NCBI GenBank assembly: GCA_964450915.1 | Contig: CAYVFG010000002.1 | Span: forward strand, 5,379-69,378 | Length of the DNA: 64,000 nucleotides | Direction: 5' to 3' | Source of the DNA: an uncultured Candidatus Saccharibacteria bacterium | Lineage (GTDB): Bacteria > Patescibacteriota > Andersenbacteria > UBA10190 | Shown: positions 38,156-48,562 of the stretch, piece after piece | How positions within the stretch are numbered: position 1 is the stretch's first letter | Layout: each line of letters opens with the position of its first letter | Notes under the pieces: model-generated | Database searches by the model: none | The model's input: only the letters and a program-made list of their open reading frames with translations | What the model was told of the DNA's origin: nothing | Made by a program: the position numbers and the translations under genes

Positions 38156-40172
38156 AGACCATGTTTTTGCAATCCTATTATTTGGATTGCTTATTGTATG
38201 TATGACAATGCCGGTCGTACTTCATATGACCACCGCTGTGGCGGGAATTGGCGGAGATCCATGGCAGACCATGTGGCGTTTTACGGAAAAGGGGCAACAG
38301 GGGTTTGGTGGTTTTATGGGCGACGTATTAGGCAAGGGTGATCCGCAATTAGTTAATCTTTCCGTATGGCCGTGGATGCCAATTCATGCAGTGCTCGGAG
38401 AACCTACTGGATACAATACGATATTTCTTCTAAATTTCTTGCTTTCTGGATATGCAATGGCTTTGCTCGTTAGCATGCTTGTAAAAAAGCCTATTTTTTC
38501 TCCCGCACCCATTATGGCGGGGATTGCATACATGTTTGCGCCATATCATATTGCCCACAGTCTGGGGCATTTCGGGGCTATGCAATTGCAATGGGTTCCA
38601 TTTATTCTTGCCGCAACGCTTTCTTACATGAGAAATAAGAACATATGGAAAGTTGTATTAGTAAGTATGTTAGTAGTCCTTCAGGCGTGGGAAGAACACC
38701 ATTACGCCCTTTGGCTTGCGGTATTTGCGCTGATTGCGGCAGTGGTATATTGGCCAGCGCTCCGGGAAGCCTTCTCCGGCCAAGCACGGACGAAATCGCT
38801 AGTCAGCAGTATTGTTTTTATGGCGATCATACTCCTGGGAGTTGTTATTCCGAATATTCCCACGGTAAAGCTTGCAGACTCGGATTCTTCCGCGCTAGCA
38901 CTTGGCATCGATCAAACGACAAGATTTTCCGCAGACGTATTCGCCTTTATTACTCCGGCGCCGTTTCAGCCAATTTGGGGAGGCGTGTTTAATAATTTGT
39001 TTGGCCAATACTTTACAGGGAACACGGCAGAGTCCGTACAATATATTGGTATCGGCATATTAATTGCCGTTCTCTTTTTCAGGAAACATATTCCGCTATT
39101 GCAAAAACGGCTATGGTTTTGGACGCTTATTATGTTTGGAATCATTTCACTGGGGCCGGTACTTCACGTATTCGGACATGTAACTGCTATTTTGTTGCCA
39201 TATGCGCTCTTGGCAAAATTGCCCGTATTTTCTGCAATCCGAACAATTTCTCGTGCCGGGGCCTTCGTTACTATCGCCAGCTGCGTATTGTTCGGATGGG
39301 TAGTTGCCACGAACTACCATAGGCTGCGAACGTCATATATTATCAGCGGATTTTTGTTATTAGACTTTTTATTCATTCCGTTTCCGATGCAATCCGCTGT
39401 GTTGTCTCCGGCATATAGCATGCTTGCATCTGTTCCGGGCAGCAACATCGTTGAAATACCCGCGGCGACCAACTATGTAGCGGCATCGCGATCGCTGTAT
39501 GGCGAGACAATCGATCATAAGCAGGCAATCGGAAATATTGCCCTTGAACGCGGACAAAGTCAGGATGCATTTAATCTTGCAAAATCAGTGCCTGCTATTC
39601 GTCAACTACTATACCTGCGAACAACGGAGCTAGAACAAGACAGGCCCGAGTTCTTTACGCAAGACTTAAGAGAAACACTCCCGGATGCCATGACATGGCT
39701 TGATGCCTCTGCGATTTTGCTGCATACGGATTCCATTTCTCCCTCACAAAAAAATGCTGTGGAAAGATTTCTCGATGATCAAAATATATTTTCCAAAACA
39801 TCATTCGGAGATGCTGACGTATATATCCGCAATACACATACAAGCAGAAATACAGACGGCGTATTCTTGGTTCGCGGCGATGGGTTTGAAAATGTCGGCT
39901 ATGATCCTAAGCGCCTTGCTACATTTGCGGAAGTGCCTCGTGAGGCAACGGTTACTCTGGTGAACATAACAAACAAGCCCGTGCGAGTCGAGTTGTCATA
40001 CAGCACGCCGAGCGAATCGCAAGATTCTCTCATCCTTCGAGATAATCACGGGGACATTCTTGATAAAGCCAATATTACCGTTCAGCCCGGGCAAATGAAT
40101 GTAATATTTAAAAATACCGGGAACGCAAAGGCTATTATAGCGAACCCAGTGATGATCGTTACGGCTTTATGA
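38139..40172 (+). CDS. YfhO-related GT-C membrane protein
   Basis: GGDPWQ, FAPYH.AH..GH, QYIG, ISLGP, RTISR; TATACT 7 nt before the ATG. Confidence 0.75.
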   Translation: MKQAYRDHVFAILLFGLLIVCMTMPVVLHMTTAVAGIGGDPWQTMWRFTEKGQQGFGGFMGDVLGKGDPQLVNLSVWPWMPIHAVLGEPTGYNTIFLLNFLLSGYAMALLVSMLVKKPIFSPAPIMAGIAYMFAPYHIAHSLGHFGAMQLQWVPFILAATLSYMRNKNIWKVVLVSMLVVLQAWEEHHYALWLAVFALIAAVVYWPALREAFSGQARTKSLVSSIVFMAIILLGVVIPNIPTVKLADSDSSALALGIDQTTRFSADVFAFITPAPFQPIWGGVFNNLFGQYFTGNTAESVQYIGIGILIAVLFFRKHIPLLQKRLWFWTLIMFGIISLGPVLHVFGHVTAILLPYALLAKLPVFSAIRTISRAGAFVTIASCVLFGWVVATNYHRLRTSYIISGFLLLDFLFIPFPMQSAVLSPAYSMLASVPGSNIVEIPAATNYVAASRSLYGETIDHKQAIGNIALERGQSQDAFNLAKSVPAIRQLLYLRTTELEQDRPEFFTQDLRETLPDAMTWLDASAILLHTDSISPSQKNAVERFLDDQNIFSKTSFGDADVYIRNTHTSRNTDGVFLVRGDGFENVGYDPKRLATFAEVPREATVTLVNITNKPVRVELSYSTPSESQDSLILRDNHGDILDKANITVQPGQMNVIFKNTGNAKAIIANPVMIVTAL

Positions 40173-41326
40173 ATATTCTCTTTATAAATTTTGAGTATCC
40201 GCCCTTGGGCGGCGGAGGCGGAGTAATGACTGCGCAAATTGCTGAAGAACTTGCAAAGCACAATACAGTGCATGTCATTACGACAGCGTTTCGAGATACG
40301 AAAAAATATGAATTTGCAGATGGGGTGCACATACATCGCGTTGCCGTTATCGGCAGAACTGCAATGCCGACTGCTACGCTTATCTCCCTCCTTACTTTTG
40401 CACCATCCGCATTTTTCCGAGGACTGCAGCTTACAAAAAAGCATGCATTCGATGTTATAAATGCCCATTTTGTTATTCCTTCCGGTCTGCCTGCATTGTT
40501 GCTAGCAGGAATCCGCCATATTCCCCTTGTCGTAACTCTTGTCGGAGGAGATATCTACGATCCGTCGAAAGGAATTTCCCCGCATAAGCACGCTTTATTG
40601 CGGGCTGCAATCAGGTATATCGTCAGCCGAGCAGATGCGGTGACTGCAATTTCTCAGGATACGAAGCAGAGAGCGATCGAACTTCATGGAGTGAAAAAGC
40701 ATATCGATGTCATTCCGATCGGATTAGTACTTAATAAAACACCCGCCCTTCCTCGAGAATCTTTAGGATTTACTACGCAAGACTTTGTATGCGTTTCTAT
40801 AGGTCGGCTGGTACCAAGAAAGGGATACGAGACGCTTCTTGCTGCCTGGAAAGATATCAAAAATGCAAAATTGATTATTATCGGAGATGGGCCAATGAGG
40901 CGCGATTTGGAAGAACTTATCCGTCGGTACGAATTATCTGAACGGGTGCGGCTTGTCGGCTCTGTTTCAGAACAAGAAAAATACGGCATATTACGAGCAT
41001 CTGATTTGTATGTATCGACTGCCCAGCATGAAGGATTTGGCATTGTTTTTCTTGAAGCAATGTCTGCCGGGCTTCCTATTATTGCCGCAAACGATGGCGG
41101 CCAGAAAGATTTTCTCGAACATGGCAAACATGCCCTCTTGATTCCGCCCCATGATTCGCAGGCAGTAGTTCGCGCAATCGATGAATTGCATAAAGACGAG
41201 ACATTGCGAAACGAAATGTCTCGCCGAAATCTTGAAGATGTGCAGCATTACACCATTCACACGACCGCAGGAGCATTAGAAAAAAAATTACTTGAAACGA
41301 TTACCGCCTATGAACATCGCAATTGA
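40169..41326 (+). CDS. GT4 glycosyltransferase
   Basis: EYPPLGGGG, GRLVPRKG, EGFGIVFLEAMSAG. Confidence 0.92.
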   Translation: MNILFINFEYPPLGGGGGVMTAQIAEELAKHNTVHVITTAFRDTKKYEFADGVHIHRVAVIGRTAMPTATLISLLTFAPSAFFRGLQLTKKHAFDVINAHFVIPSGLPALLLAGIRHIPLVVTLVGGDIYDPSKGISPHKHALLRAAIRYIVSRADAVTAISQDTKQRAIELHGVKKHIDVIPIGLVLNKTPALPRESLGFTTQDFVCVSIGRLVPRKGYETLLAAWKDIKNAKLIIIGDGPMRRDLEELIRRYELSERVRLVGSVSEQEKYGILRASDLYVSTAQHEGFGIVFLEAMSAGLPIIAANDGGQKDFLEHGKHALLIPPHDSQAVVRAIDELHKDETLRNEMSRRNLEDVQHYTIHTTAGALEKKLLETITAYEHRN

Positions 41327-42389
41327 AGCCCGAGCCATACATGCTGCCAGCGGCGGGATAAAATCATACGCTCAAAATATTATTGCCGAGCTGCAAAAAA
41401 ATCAGGAACTTACTTTAGATATTATAACCGGAGCAAAAGATTCTGCGACACCACTACGTTCGGAACTGCTTGTTCCATATTGGCTCAGCGGGCCAGTGGC
41501 AAAGCATGTTCGCGCAACAAATCCAGATATTGCGCACTTTACTAAAGCTGCAATTCCTCATAAAAAATATGTTCCTACGGTAGTCACTATATACGACGTT
41601 ATTCCTCTTCTCTTGCCTGAAACCCAGTCATTTTTGCGAAAAAAATATTGGCCAAAAACATTGCAATATGCTGCAACACATGCAGATAGCATTATTACAA
41701 TTTCCGATCAAAGCAAGCAGGATATCAGCAGGTTATTGCATGTTTCGGAATCTAAAATAACTGTTACGACATTGGCAGTTGATGCGACGCACTTTAAACC
41801 CTCCCCAATGACTGGCACTGATCCTTATATTCTATTCGTCGGGACGTGGGATGAGCGAAAGAATATAACAACACTCATACGGGCGTTTGAATTAATTGCG
41901 GACAAAATTCCGCACATGCTTATAATTGCGGGAAAGCCAGCGCATAAACAAGATGCATCTCAAGCATATGCACAGGCATCTGTATATGCAGATAGAATCA
42001 AGTTCCGTGAGAATGTTCCGTATGACGAATTGCCCACCTTATATAGCAATGCTGATATTTTCGTATGGCCTTCCATATACGAAGGATGGGGATTTCCTCC
42101 TCAGGAAGCGATGGCGTGCGGGACGCCGGTTATAGTGAGCAATGGGGGATCATTGCCGGAAGTAGTTGGCGATGCAGGGATGATCGTGCCATTTTCTACT
42201 GATACATTGCATGACAGGTTGCATGATCAGGATTTTACGAACAATCTTGCAAAACATATGGCTGAATTAATCGGCGATGAAGGTAAGAAAACAATGCTTG
42301 CCCAAAAAGGCCTCGCTCAAGCTATGAGGACAACATGGAAAGATGTTGCGGAAAAAACTACTGCACTATATACATCCCTTATAATATGA
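41310..42389 (+). CDS. GT4 glycosyltransferase (MtfB/WbdA-like)
   Basis: ERKNI, EGWGFPPQEAMACG, SLPEVVG. Confidence 0.92.
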   Translation: MNIAIEARAIHAASGGIKSYAQNIIAELQKNQELTLDIITGAKDSATPLRSELLVPYWLSGPVAKHVRATNPDIAHFTKAAIPHKKYVPTVVTIYDVIPLLLPETQSFLRKKYWPKTLQYAATHADSIITISDQSKQDISRLLHVSESKITVTTLAVDATHFKPSPMTGTDPYILFVGTWDERKNITTLIRAFELIADKIPHMLIIAGKPAHKQDASQAYAQASVYADRIKFRENVPYDELPTLYSNADIFVWPSIYEGWGFPPQEAMACGTPVIVSNGGSLPEVVGDAGMIVPFSTDTLHDRLHDQDFTNNLAKHMAELIGDEGKKTMLAQKGLAQAMRTTWKDVAEKTTALYTSLII

Positions 42390-43507
42390 AAAAAAACATT
42401 GCCATTATTACCAATGCAAAAGAAGATTCCGGGGTTGGCTCGCGCGCGCATCAGATTGCAGTACATATGCCCAAAAATGATGATTTCATATTTCATATGG
42501 TCATATTAGACGGCGGACGAAATGCGATATCCGTGGACGGGTCAATTACCGGTTCGATAGTAAAATGGCCGAGCATTCTTGGGACAAAAAGCATTTCCTG
42601 GATCCGTCTTGCAAAGAATATTCCTGCATTTGACGGATACGATTTATCCAATCAGACGCTCTCTTTTATAGCAAAAACGAAAACACCGTCCATCGTTACG
42701 GTTCATGACATTATAGAACTCACAAATCCACAGCATCCGCTTGCAAGACTTATAAACAAGCGCTTGCTTGATGGAGTCACGAAGGCAAGTCACATTATCG
42801 CTGTCTCTGAATACGTAAAAAGGGAAATAGTTCGCTATTTTGGAATTTCCGAGCAACAAATATCCGTTATATATAACGGGGTAAGTGAAGATTTTAAACC
42901 TATACAAGATTTCAAGAAGACAGTCGGATACCAAGAGGTTGCAAAAAAACTGCGATTGCCGATGGATAGCCCGATAATTCTTTCGGTAGGATCCGACCAT
43001 CCTCGAAAAAACCTTGCAGCAACTCTGCATGTTGTTGCAAAGCTTAAGGAACAATATCCGAACGTATTGCTTTTAAAAATTGGGGAACCAGGATTGCTCG
43101 ATGGGAGAAAAGAGTTTCTGCATATGGTTGATGAGTTGGAATTAAAAGACAATATTCGCATACTTGGAAAGGTTTCTCAGGAAATGCTACTAGACGCATA
43201 CCGCGTTGCCGATGCCTTACTCATGCCGTCGCATCAGGAAGGTTTTGGAATGCCTATACTCGAAGCAATGGCCTCTGGATGCCCTGTAGTATGCTCAAAC
43301 TCAAGCTCGTTGCCGGAAGTAGTCGGCAATGCAGGTATTATGCACGATCCAGACGATATTGAAGGGTATGCAAAAAGCATTTCGGAATTATTCGAAAGCG
43401 GGGGAATCAAAGAATCGTTTATAGCAAAAGGACTGCAGCGAAGCAAGCTGTTTTCCTGGAGTACTTCTGCGGAACAGACATTGGAGCTATATAAAAAATA
43501 TTTATGA
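42386..43507 (+). CDS. GT4 glycosyltransferase (MtfB-like)
   Basis: PRKNL, EGFGMPILEAMASG; ATGA coupling at 42386. Confidence 0.92.
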   Translation: MKKNIAIITNAKEDSGVGSRAHQIAVHMPKNDDFIFHMVILDGGRNAISVDGSITGSIVKWPSILGTKSISWIRLAKNIPAFDGYDLSNQTLSFIAKTKTPSIVTVHDIIELTNPQHPLARLINKRLLDGVTKASHIIAVSEYVKREIVRYFGISEQQISVIYNGVSEDFKPIQDFKKTVGYQEVAKKLRLPMDSPIILSVGSDHPRKNLAATLHVVAKLKEQYPNVLLLKIGEPGLLDGRKEFLHMVDELELKDNIRILGKVSQEMLLDAYRVADALLMPSHQEGFGMPILEAMASGCPVVCSNSSSLPEVVGNAGIMHDPDDIEGYAKSISELFESGGIKESFIAKGLQRSKLFSWSTSAEQTLELYKKYL

Positions 43508-44733
43508 AAATTCTTTTTGTTTCAGCTCAATATCCTCCCGAATCAAAGGGTGGTGGAGAAATTTCAACACATATCATTGCACAAGGGTTAATTTCACTTG
43601 GGCATGAAGTACTTGTGGTTACAGACGGAGATCAAAAGGAGCGCAAAGTAGTCGACTCGGTTCCGGTGCAGATGATTCCTTTATTCTTGAGACAGAAACC
43701 CCTATTTGAACGCGCACAAAGCACAGCCTCGTACAGAATGTTTAAGCGGGCAATTAAAGACTGGCGCACATACGATATTATTCACGCGCACGACTTCAGA
43801 AGCGCACTGATGATATCACATTTAGAATCGCCAAAAGCAGTGGTTACGGCTCGCGACTATGCGCAAATATCCGGCTGCACGAATAATATTCAGTACAACG
43901 GAAATATCGAGCAAGGATGCCAAGGATTGCACGAGCTATGGCAATGCCATCGAGTGCATGAAGCATCGCTTGCCCGCAAACCTTTCAGAATTTGGCAATA
44001 TATGTATAATCGCGGATATCGAAAAAAAGCATTCGCCAGCTTTAGGCATCAGATTTTTATTTCGCACGCAGAAAAAAACGTTATTGCTCAGCATCAAGAT
44101 GTTGCAAAGCAGCATACGGGCGTTATCTACAACCCGATTGGAAAAGAATATCTTTCGAATCCTCTCGAGCAGGGCGTTTCCGGAAACATATTATATATGG
44201 GCCGAGTAGAGATGTATAAAGGCGTTCGATTGCTTTTGGAAGCGTGGAAGCGTGTTGCAAAAGAGTATCCGAAGGCTCACCTGACTATTGCAGGGAATGG
44301 AGCGCAACAAAAAGAATATGAACACCTGGCATCGCTATGGGGAATTGGATACAGGACGACATTCCTGCCGCATGTTCCGTATCATCGACTTCGATCGCTT
44401 ATAGATAAAGCGAGCATATTGATTGCCCCTCATTTGTGGGTGGAGCCTTTTGGCAGAACAATGCTAGAAGGTATGGCGCGTGGAAAAGTTGTTATAGCAA
44501 GCAATGTCGGAGGAGCAGTAGAGCTGATCGACAATCAAAAAACGGGAATATTATTTGAACGAGGCAACGTACCCGAACTAGAAGATGCGATTATTCAAGC
44601 ACTTACCATGGGCAAACTTGCGGTAACTCAAATGGGAAAAGATGCACGAAATGCCGCCGTAGAAAACTTTACACAAGAAAAAATTGCAAAGCAGCACGAG
44701 GAATTTTATAAAGAAATGTCTAGAAATAAATAA
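43504..44733 (+). CDS. GT4 glycosyltransferase
   Basis: YPP...GGGE, GRVEMYKG, EPFGRTMLEGMARG. Confidence 0.9.
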   Translation: MKILFVSAQYPPESKGGGEISTHIIAQGLISLGHEVLVVTDGDQKERKVVDSVPVQMIPLFLRQKPLFERAQSTASYRMFKRAIKDWRTYDIIHAHDFRSALMISHLESPKAVVTARDYAQISGCTNNIQYNGNIEQGCQGLHELWQCHRVHEASLARKPFRIWQYMYNRGYRKKAFASFRHQIFISHAEKNVIAQHQDVAKQHTGVIYNPIGKEYLSNPLEQGVSGNILYMGRVEMYKGVRLLLEAWKRVAKEYPKAHLTIAGNGAQQKEYEHLASLWGIGYRTTFLPHVPYHRLRSLIDKASILIAPHLWVEPFGRTMLEGMARGKVVIASNVGGAVELIDNQKTGILFERGNVPELEDAIIQALTMGKLAVTQMGKDARNAAVENFTQEKIAKQHEEFYKEMSRNK

Positions 44734-44755
44734 CTGCGCCCCCGGAGGAACGCAG
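44724..44755 (-). terminator. Intrinsic terminator
   Basis: Minus strand CTGCGTTCC-TCCG-GGGGCGCAG followed by TTATTTATTT. Confidence 0.75.
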
Positions 44756-44775
44756 AAGTTCAAAGCCCAATGCCA

Positions 44776-44895
44776 CTACTTGCCAGCCTGTTTTCTTTGC
44801 TTCATGCAAATAATGCACAGGCACACGAGAATCACGATCAGCGCCAACCAGTAACGTAGACTTGCAGTGCGGAAAGCATCGATCACGGTTTCCAT
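44776..44895 (-). CDS. 39-aa single-TM Cys-rich small protein (not in ORF track)
   Basis: METVIDAFRTASLRYWLALIVILVCLCIICMKQRKQAGK; SD AAGGGG, consensus promoter and terminator flank it. Confidence 0.7.
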   Translation of the reverse strand: METVIDAFRTASLRYWLALIVILVCLCIICMKQRKQAGK

Positions 44896-44933
44896 GGCAG
44901 CCCCTTTGAGAAAAGACCAGAACACCCGGAACT

Positions 44934-44963
44934 ATTATAGGACGTATTGCGATGATTTGTCAA
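44934..44963 (-). promoter_or_regulatory. Consensus sigma70 promoter embedded in the 3' end of the GT9 gene
   Basis: TTGACA(44963-44958)-18 nt-TATAAT(44939-44934); the -10 box contains the GT9 stop codon. Confidence 0.8.
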
Positions 44964-46005
44964 GCACTTGCTTTACTGAAATAGCTAGCATCGATGGGTG
45001 GGGAGTATTGCCAAAACTGGGCGCTGATTCAGTATTATATACTGGCACTGTTTCCGGAGCTCGCAGAACAACACTATGATGGCTTCTCGGGCCTGTCTGC
45101 CGTTCGTCTGTGGGGCCGAAGAGGCTAATTGTTGGGATATCCAGAGCTGACGCTATATGCATAAGTCCAGAGTCGTTTGAAATAAATAGTTTGCAATGCT
45201 TCATAATTCCAGCAGTTGTAAGGAGGGGGGCCGTGATATGAAATGCGATTGCCGGCGCCTGTTGGTTTATCATATCTGCAAGTTCTCTTTTTTGCTGCTC
45301 TTCATCGCTCCCTCCAAAAATGAGAAATACGCTATTTGGATTCCGTTCATATAAGGCACGCGCAACTTCTGCAAAGCGATCGATTGGCCAGCGTTTCCAG
45401 GCAAAACCTTGCGCCGATCCCGGATGAAACCCGATAAAAATAGGAGAGGGGCTGATATTGTAACCGAGTGACTTTAAAGCATGCTGCGCTTCTTGCATGT
45501 TGTTTTCTGGAATTTCAAAATCATACGTTTCAAACGTTATAGGTTGATGCAATATAGATCCTGCCAATTCGAGGTTTTGTTCAATATCATGCACGAGAGG
45601 TTTTTCAGTAATCGCTTGCGTAAGAAAATTTTTAGCATGCTGCCTGCCTCGAAGCGGGTATGCGTGGCCAATGCGAACTGGAATTCCTGATAAAAATAAG
45701 TACAACGCGCTTTTTAGCAATTGGCCTGGAGACAAAACAATGCCCATATCAAAATGATGCGCACGAAGCGTAAGGATATTCTTTATATGCTGCACAACAG
45801 TAGTCTTAATGGGCAATTCAATAACACAGTCAATATACGACTGCGCTTCCGCAATGCTCTTTGTACCTCGAGGAGCAACCCATACGGTAATATGCCAGGC
45901 AGGATGCGCATCTTTGACAGCTTTTATCGCGGGCAATTGCATGATCAAATTGCCGATTCCCGAAAGAGAAAGGTAGAGAACCGCTTTATGTTCTGAATTC
46001 TTCAT
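44935..46005 (-). CDS. GT9 (heptosyltransferase-family) glycosyltransferase
   Basis: GIGNLIM..P, HPGS...KRWP, SNDSGLMHIA, LFGPT. Confidence 0.9.
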   Translation of the reverse strand: MKNSEHKAVLYLSLSGIGNLIMQLPAIKAVKDAHPAWHITVWVAPRGTKSIAEAQSYIDCVIELPIKTTVVQHIKNILTLRAHHFDMGIVLSPGQLLKSALYLFLSGIPVRIGHAYPLRGRQHAKNFLTQAITEKPLVHDIEQNLELAGSILHQPITFETYDFEIPENNMQEAQHALKSLGYNISPSPIFIGFHPGSAQGFAWKRWPIDRFAEVARALYERNPNSVFLIFGGSDEEQQKRELADMINQQAPAIAFHITAPLLTTAGIMKHCKLFISNDSGLMHIASALDIPTISLFGPTDERQTGPRSHHSVVLRAPETVPVYNTESAPSFGNTPHPSMLAISVKQVLDKSSQYVL

Positions 46006-47131
46006 ACAGTGATTGCAGGGTTGCGATGGAATGATCCCATGAGTATGTAGTACGTACCAATTCCGCAGAAAAATCAGTAAGGTGCAAAGCTAGCTGCGGA
46101 ATTTTAATAATAGAAACAACGTTTTGCACAAGCTCTTTTTTATTGGAAAATAATAGCCCTGCCTTATTCTTAGGAACAACATACGGAATAGCCGTAGATT
46201 CTCGGGCTACAATCGGAAGGCCTGCAGCCATAGCTTCTGCGAGCACAATCCCGAATGCTTCGTAGTTTGATGCATGAATAAATACGTCCGCATGCTGAAG
46301 AGCTGCTATAACATCCTCGTCGGTGGCTTTTCCGAAATAGTGAACTGCGTCCGCTATCCCTAGCTTTTCAGCAATTATTTCCAATTCTTTTTTATACCCG
46401 AAATCTTCACCGATGATAACCAGGCAGGCGTTGGGAATTTGCTTTCGAATTTCGGGCAACGCCCTGACAGTATCTTGCAAGCCCTTAGATTTTGCTATGC
46501 GAGAAATTGAAAGAAGAATTGTTCCCGAGATATTTCGAGATAAAAACGGATTTTCTCGTTTTTCGGAAAATAATTTCATATCGACACCCGGCGGAATATG
46601 AACAAATCGTTTTACATTGTATCCGGCGCTTATAATCAGCTGTTTTTCATATTCAGATATAACAGCAACGGCATCTGCCTGTTCGAATGTTTTTCGACCG
46701 ATTAATGCATCATAAACTTTCCAGGCAGGTTTACGCCGAATGCTATTGGTGTAGTAAATGGGATGAAATATAAACGGTATTTTATGCTTATGCGCGTATC
46801 GAGCAGTTGCATCCGCTGGCTGATACCAGTATCCGTACGAATGCAAAATATCTGGCTTATGATGACCAATATAGTAATTCAAAGCTTGCAAACGAGGGTA
46901 TGAAACAAACGGGGTCTTAGAAACAAATAATCGCTGCACATACGCAGGGTCATCGAGCAATGCGTCGGGATTAAGATATGAAATAGGCCCATGTGTGCGC
47001 ATTGCGCTTGTAAGCACGCGAACATCCATATCCTTTTCAACATCCCGCGTTTTTTGCACGATGCTTTGAATATATTTTTCAGCGCCTCCCGATGCAGGGG
47101 GATACCGAAGTGCCGTGTGAAGAATTCTCAT
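45986..47131 (-). CDS. GT4 glycosyltransferase
   Basis: YPPASGGAE, KSKGL, EAFGIVLAEAMAAG. Confidence 0.92.
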   Translation of the reverse strand: MRILHTALRYPPASGGAEKYIQSIVQKTRDVEKDMDVRVLTSAMRTHGPISYLNPDALLDDPAYVQRLFVSKTPFVSYPRLQALNYYIGHHKPDILHSYGYWYQPADATARYAHKHKIPFIFHPIYYTNSIRRKPAWKVYDALIGRKTFEQADAVAVISEYEKQLIISAGYNVKRFVHIPPGVDMKLFSEKRENPFLSRNISGTILLSISRIAKSKGLQDTVRALPEIRKQIPNACLVIIGEDFGYKKELEIIAEKLGIADAVHYFGKATDEDVIAALQHADVFIHASNYEAFGIVLAEAMAAGLPIVARESTAIPYVVPKNKAGLLFSNKKELVQNVVSIIKIPQLALHLTDFSAELVRTTYSWDHSIATLQSLYEEFRT

Positions 47132-47910
47132 AATGCGTTATATTTTTGCCCCATTTCAAACTCATAATATGCCGATAGAGCGCACCATACAATGCCTTGC
47201 CAGCCATCCAAGATACCCTTTCTATACAGAGACAATTTCATAAACTGCTTTAATGCGAGATAATAGGGGAGGATAAAACTTTTCGAGACAGCTTTACCAG
47301 AACGGTGAGTATTTGTTTTTTGCATTTCTTGCGCATCGAGCGTCGTATAGCGATGCATCTTATGTAAATATGCCCCTATGCTTGTATACGATTGGTGAAT
47401 AATAGGCGCTGATATTTCTCCAGATATTCCATCTTTATATTTCGCCTGAGAATTCGAACCGGAATACATCATCTTTTCATGAACATGAGCATCGTTCCAG
47501 TGCGCCAGTGTTTTCTGAATCAAGCGCGGATTATGCCCCACGAGATGCGTCATGCGTTTCCCGAGAAAAATATCTTGTATAGTGATCCAATATACGCTGC
47601 ATGTAGTCTCTAGAATATCGCCTAATACTTTTTGGAGTTCCGGCGACACCCGTTCGTCCGCATCAAGAAAGAGCACCCAGTTGCACGTAGTTTGCGCAGC
47701 CCCGAAGTTTTTCTGCGATCCGTATCCGTCCCAGTGCCGAGTGATTACATTTGCACCAAGCTTTTTTGCTATGCTTGTCGTTTCATCAGTACTATGCGCA
47801 TCAATAACGATAACTTCTTGTGCAAATTCCACAGACGCAATGCAGTCAGCAATGTTCTCTTGCTCATTTTTTGTAATAATCACAACGGAAATAGGAAGTT
47901 TATTTTGCAT
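47128..47910 (-). CDS. GT2 beta-glycosyltransferase (WaaE/KdtX-like)
   Basis: ITKNEQENI, GYGSQKN, LDADE, HVHE, GILDG. Confidence 0.9.
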   Translation of the reverse strand: MQNKLPISVVIITKNEQENIADCIASVEFAQEVIVIDAHSTDETTSIAKKLGANVITRHWDGYGSQKNFGAAQTTCNWVLFLDADERVSPELQKVLGDILETTCSVYWITIQDIFLGKRMTHLVGHNPRLIQKTLAHWNDAHVHEKMMYSGSNSQAKYKDGISGEISAPIIHQSYTSIGAYLHKMHRYTTLDAQEMQKTNTHRSGKAVSKSFILPYYLALKQFMKLSLYRKGILDGWQGIVWCALSAYYEFEMGQKYNAL

Positions 47911-48562
47911 ATCGTTTCATAATATTTCTTATCGTATCAATTTCGATCGGAAGCGAAGTAATAAAATCCAAATGCGCTTCAAGATCGTCCAGGTATACGA
48001 AATGTTTCATATCGCTATGAGAGTTTCTAACCATATGGAATGTTTCTATGATCCATTTTCCGCGCAGATAGGCAAGAAGGGAGTATGCATTTGCCCGAGC
48101 AACGCTGAAATTGTTCTTTGTATAGTTTATCGTTTTTAATTCAAATGGTTTTTTAGGGGGGAGTGTTTCGAGTCCGAATTTTACTGTTCTGCCTGCAGTA
48201 AAATATGTTTGAGCCGCAGAAATTACGTCGTCGTTATATGCTCCGCCAGGATACACGATGCTGTTTGCACTAAGCGCTTCATGTGACATTTGCAATTCTT
48301 GCTGCATATCTTGAATAGGCATGGCTGCAAGATTGTTATGCGTAACGCCGTGTCCTGCAAGCTCGTGGCCGTATGCCTCTGCGCTTTTTTTCCAATCGGC
48401 AATGCTGGCTACCGGCTCATTGGCAATCGTTTTATGTTCCGGAGAGGTTGGCACGGCAAAGACTGCACGTACATTATATTGTTGCAACAATGGCAGCACT
48501 TGCTGGCGCACATCTTCGTACCCGTCATCAAAGACAAGCGTAATTGCTCCTCGATTCTTCAT
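47900..48562 (-). CDS. Polysaccharide deacetylase (CE4/NodB)
   Basis: VFDDG, HELAGHGVTH, YPGG, FH. Confidence 0.85.
   Translation of the reverse strand: MKNRGAITLVFDDGYEDVRQQVLPLLQQYNVRAVFAVPTSPEHKTIANEPVASIADWKKSAEAYGHELAGHGVTHNNLAAMPIQDMQQELQMSHEALSANSIVYPGGAYNDDVISAAQTYFTAGRTVKFGLETLPPKKPFELKTINYTKNNFSVARANAYSLLAYLRGKWIIETFHMVRNSHSDMKHFVYLDDLEAHLDFITSLPIEIDTIRNIMKRYAK

Noticed and set aside
43850-43970. Cys cluster in GT4 43504..44733 as a novel metal site
   Set aside because: Cys-containing inserts after the H/RDY motif are common in this kind of GT4
44867-45079. 70-aa plus-strand ORF as the gene in the 44.8-kb gap
   Set aside because: It overlaps GT9 antisense, while promoter, SD and terminator all point to the minus-strand 39-aa ORF
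45643-45658. CCTGCCTCGAAGCGGG as a second palindromic element copy
   Set aside because: Only a 5-bp imperfect stem that does not match the 10069 element; compatible with chance
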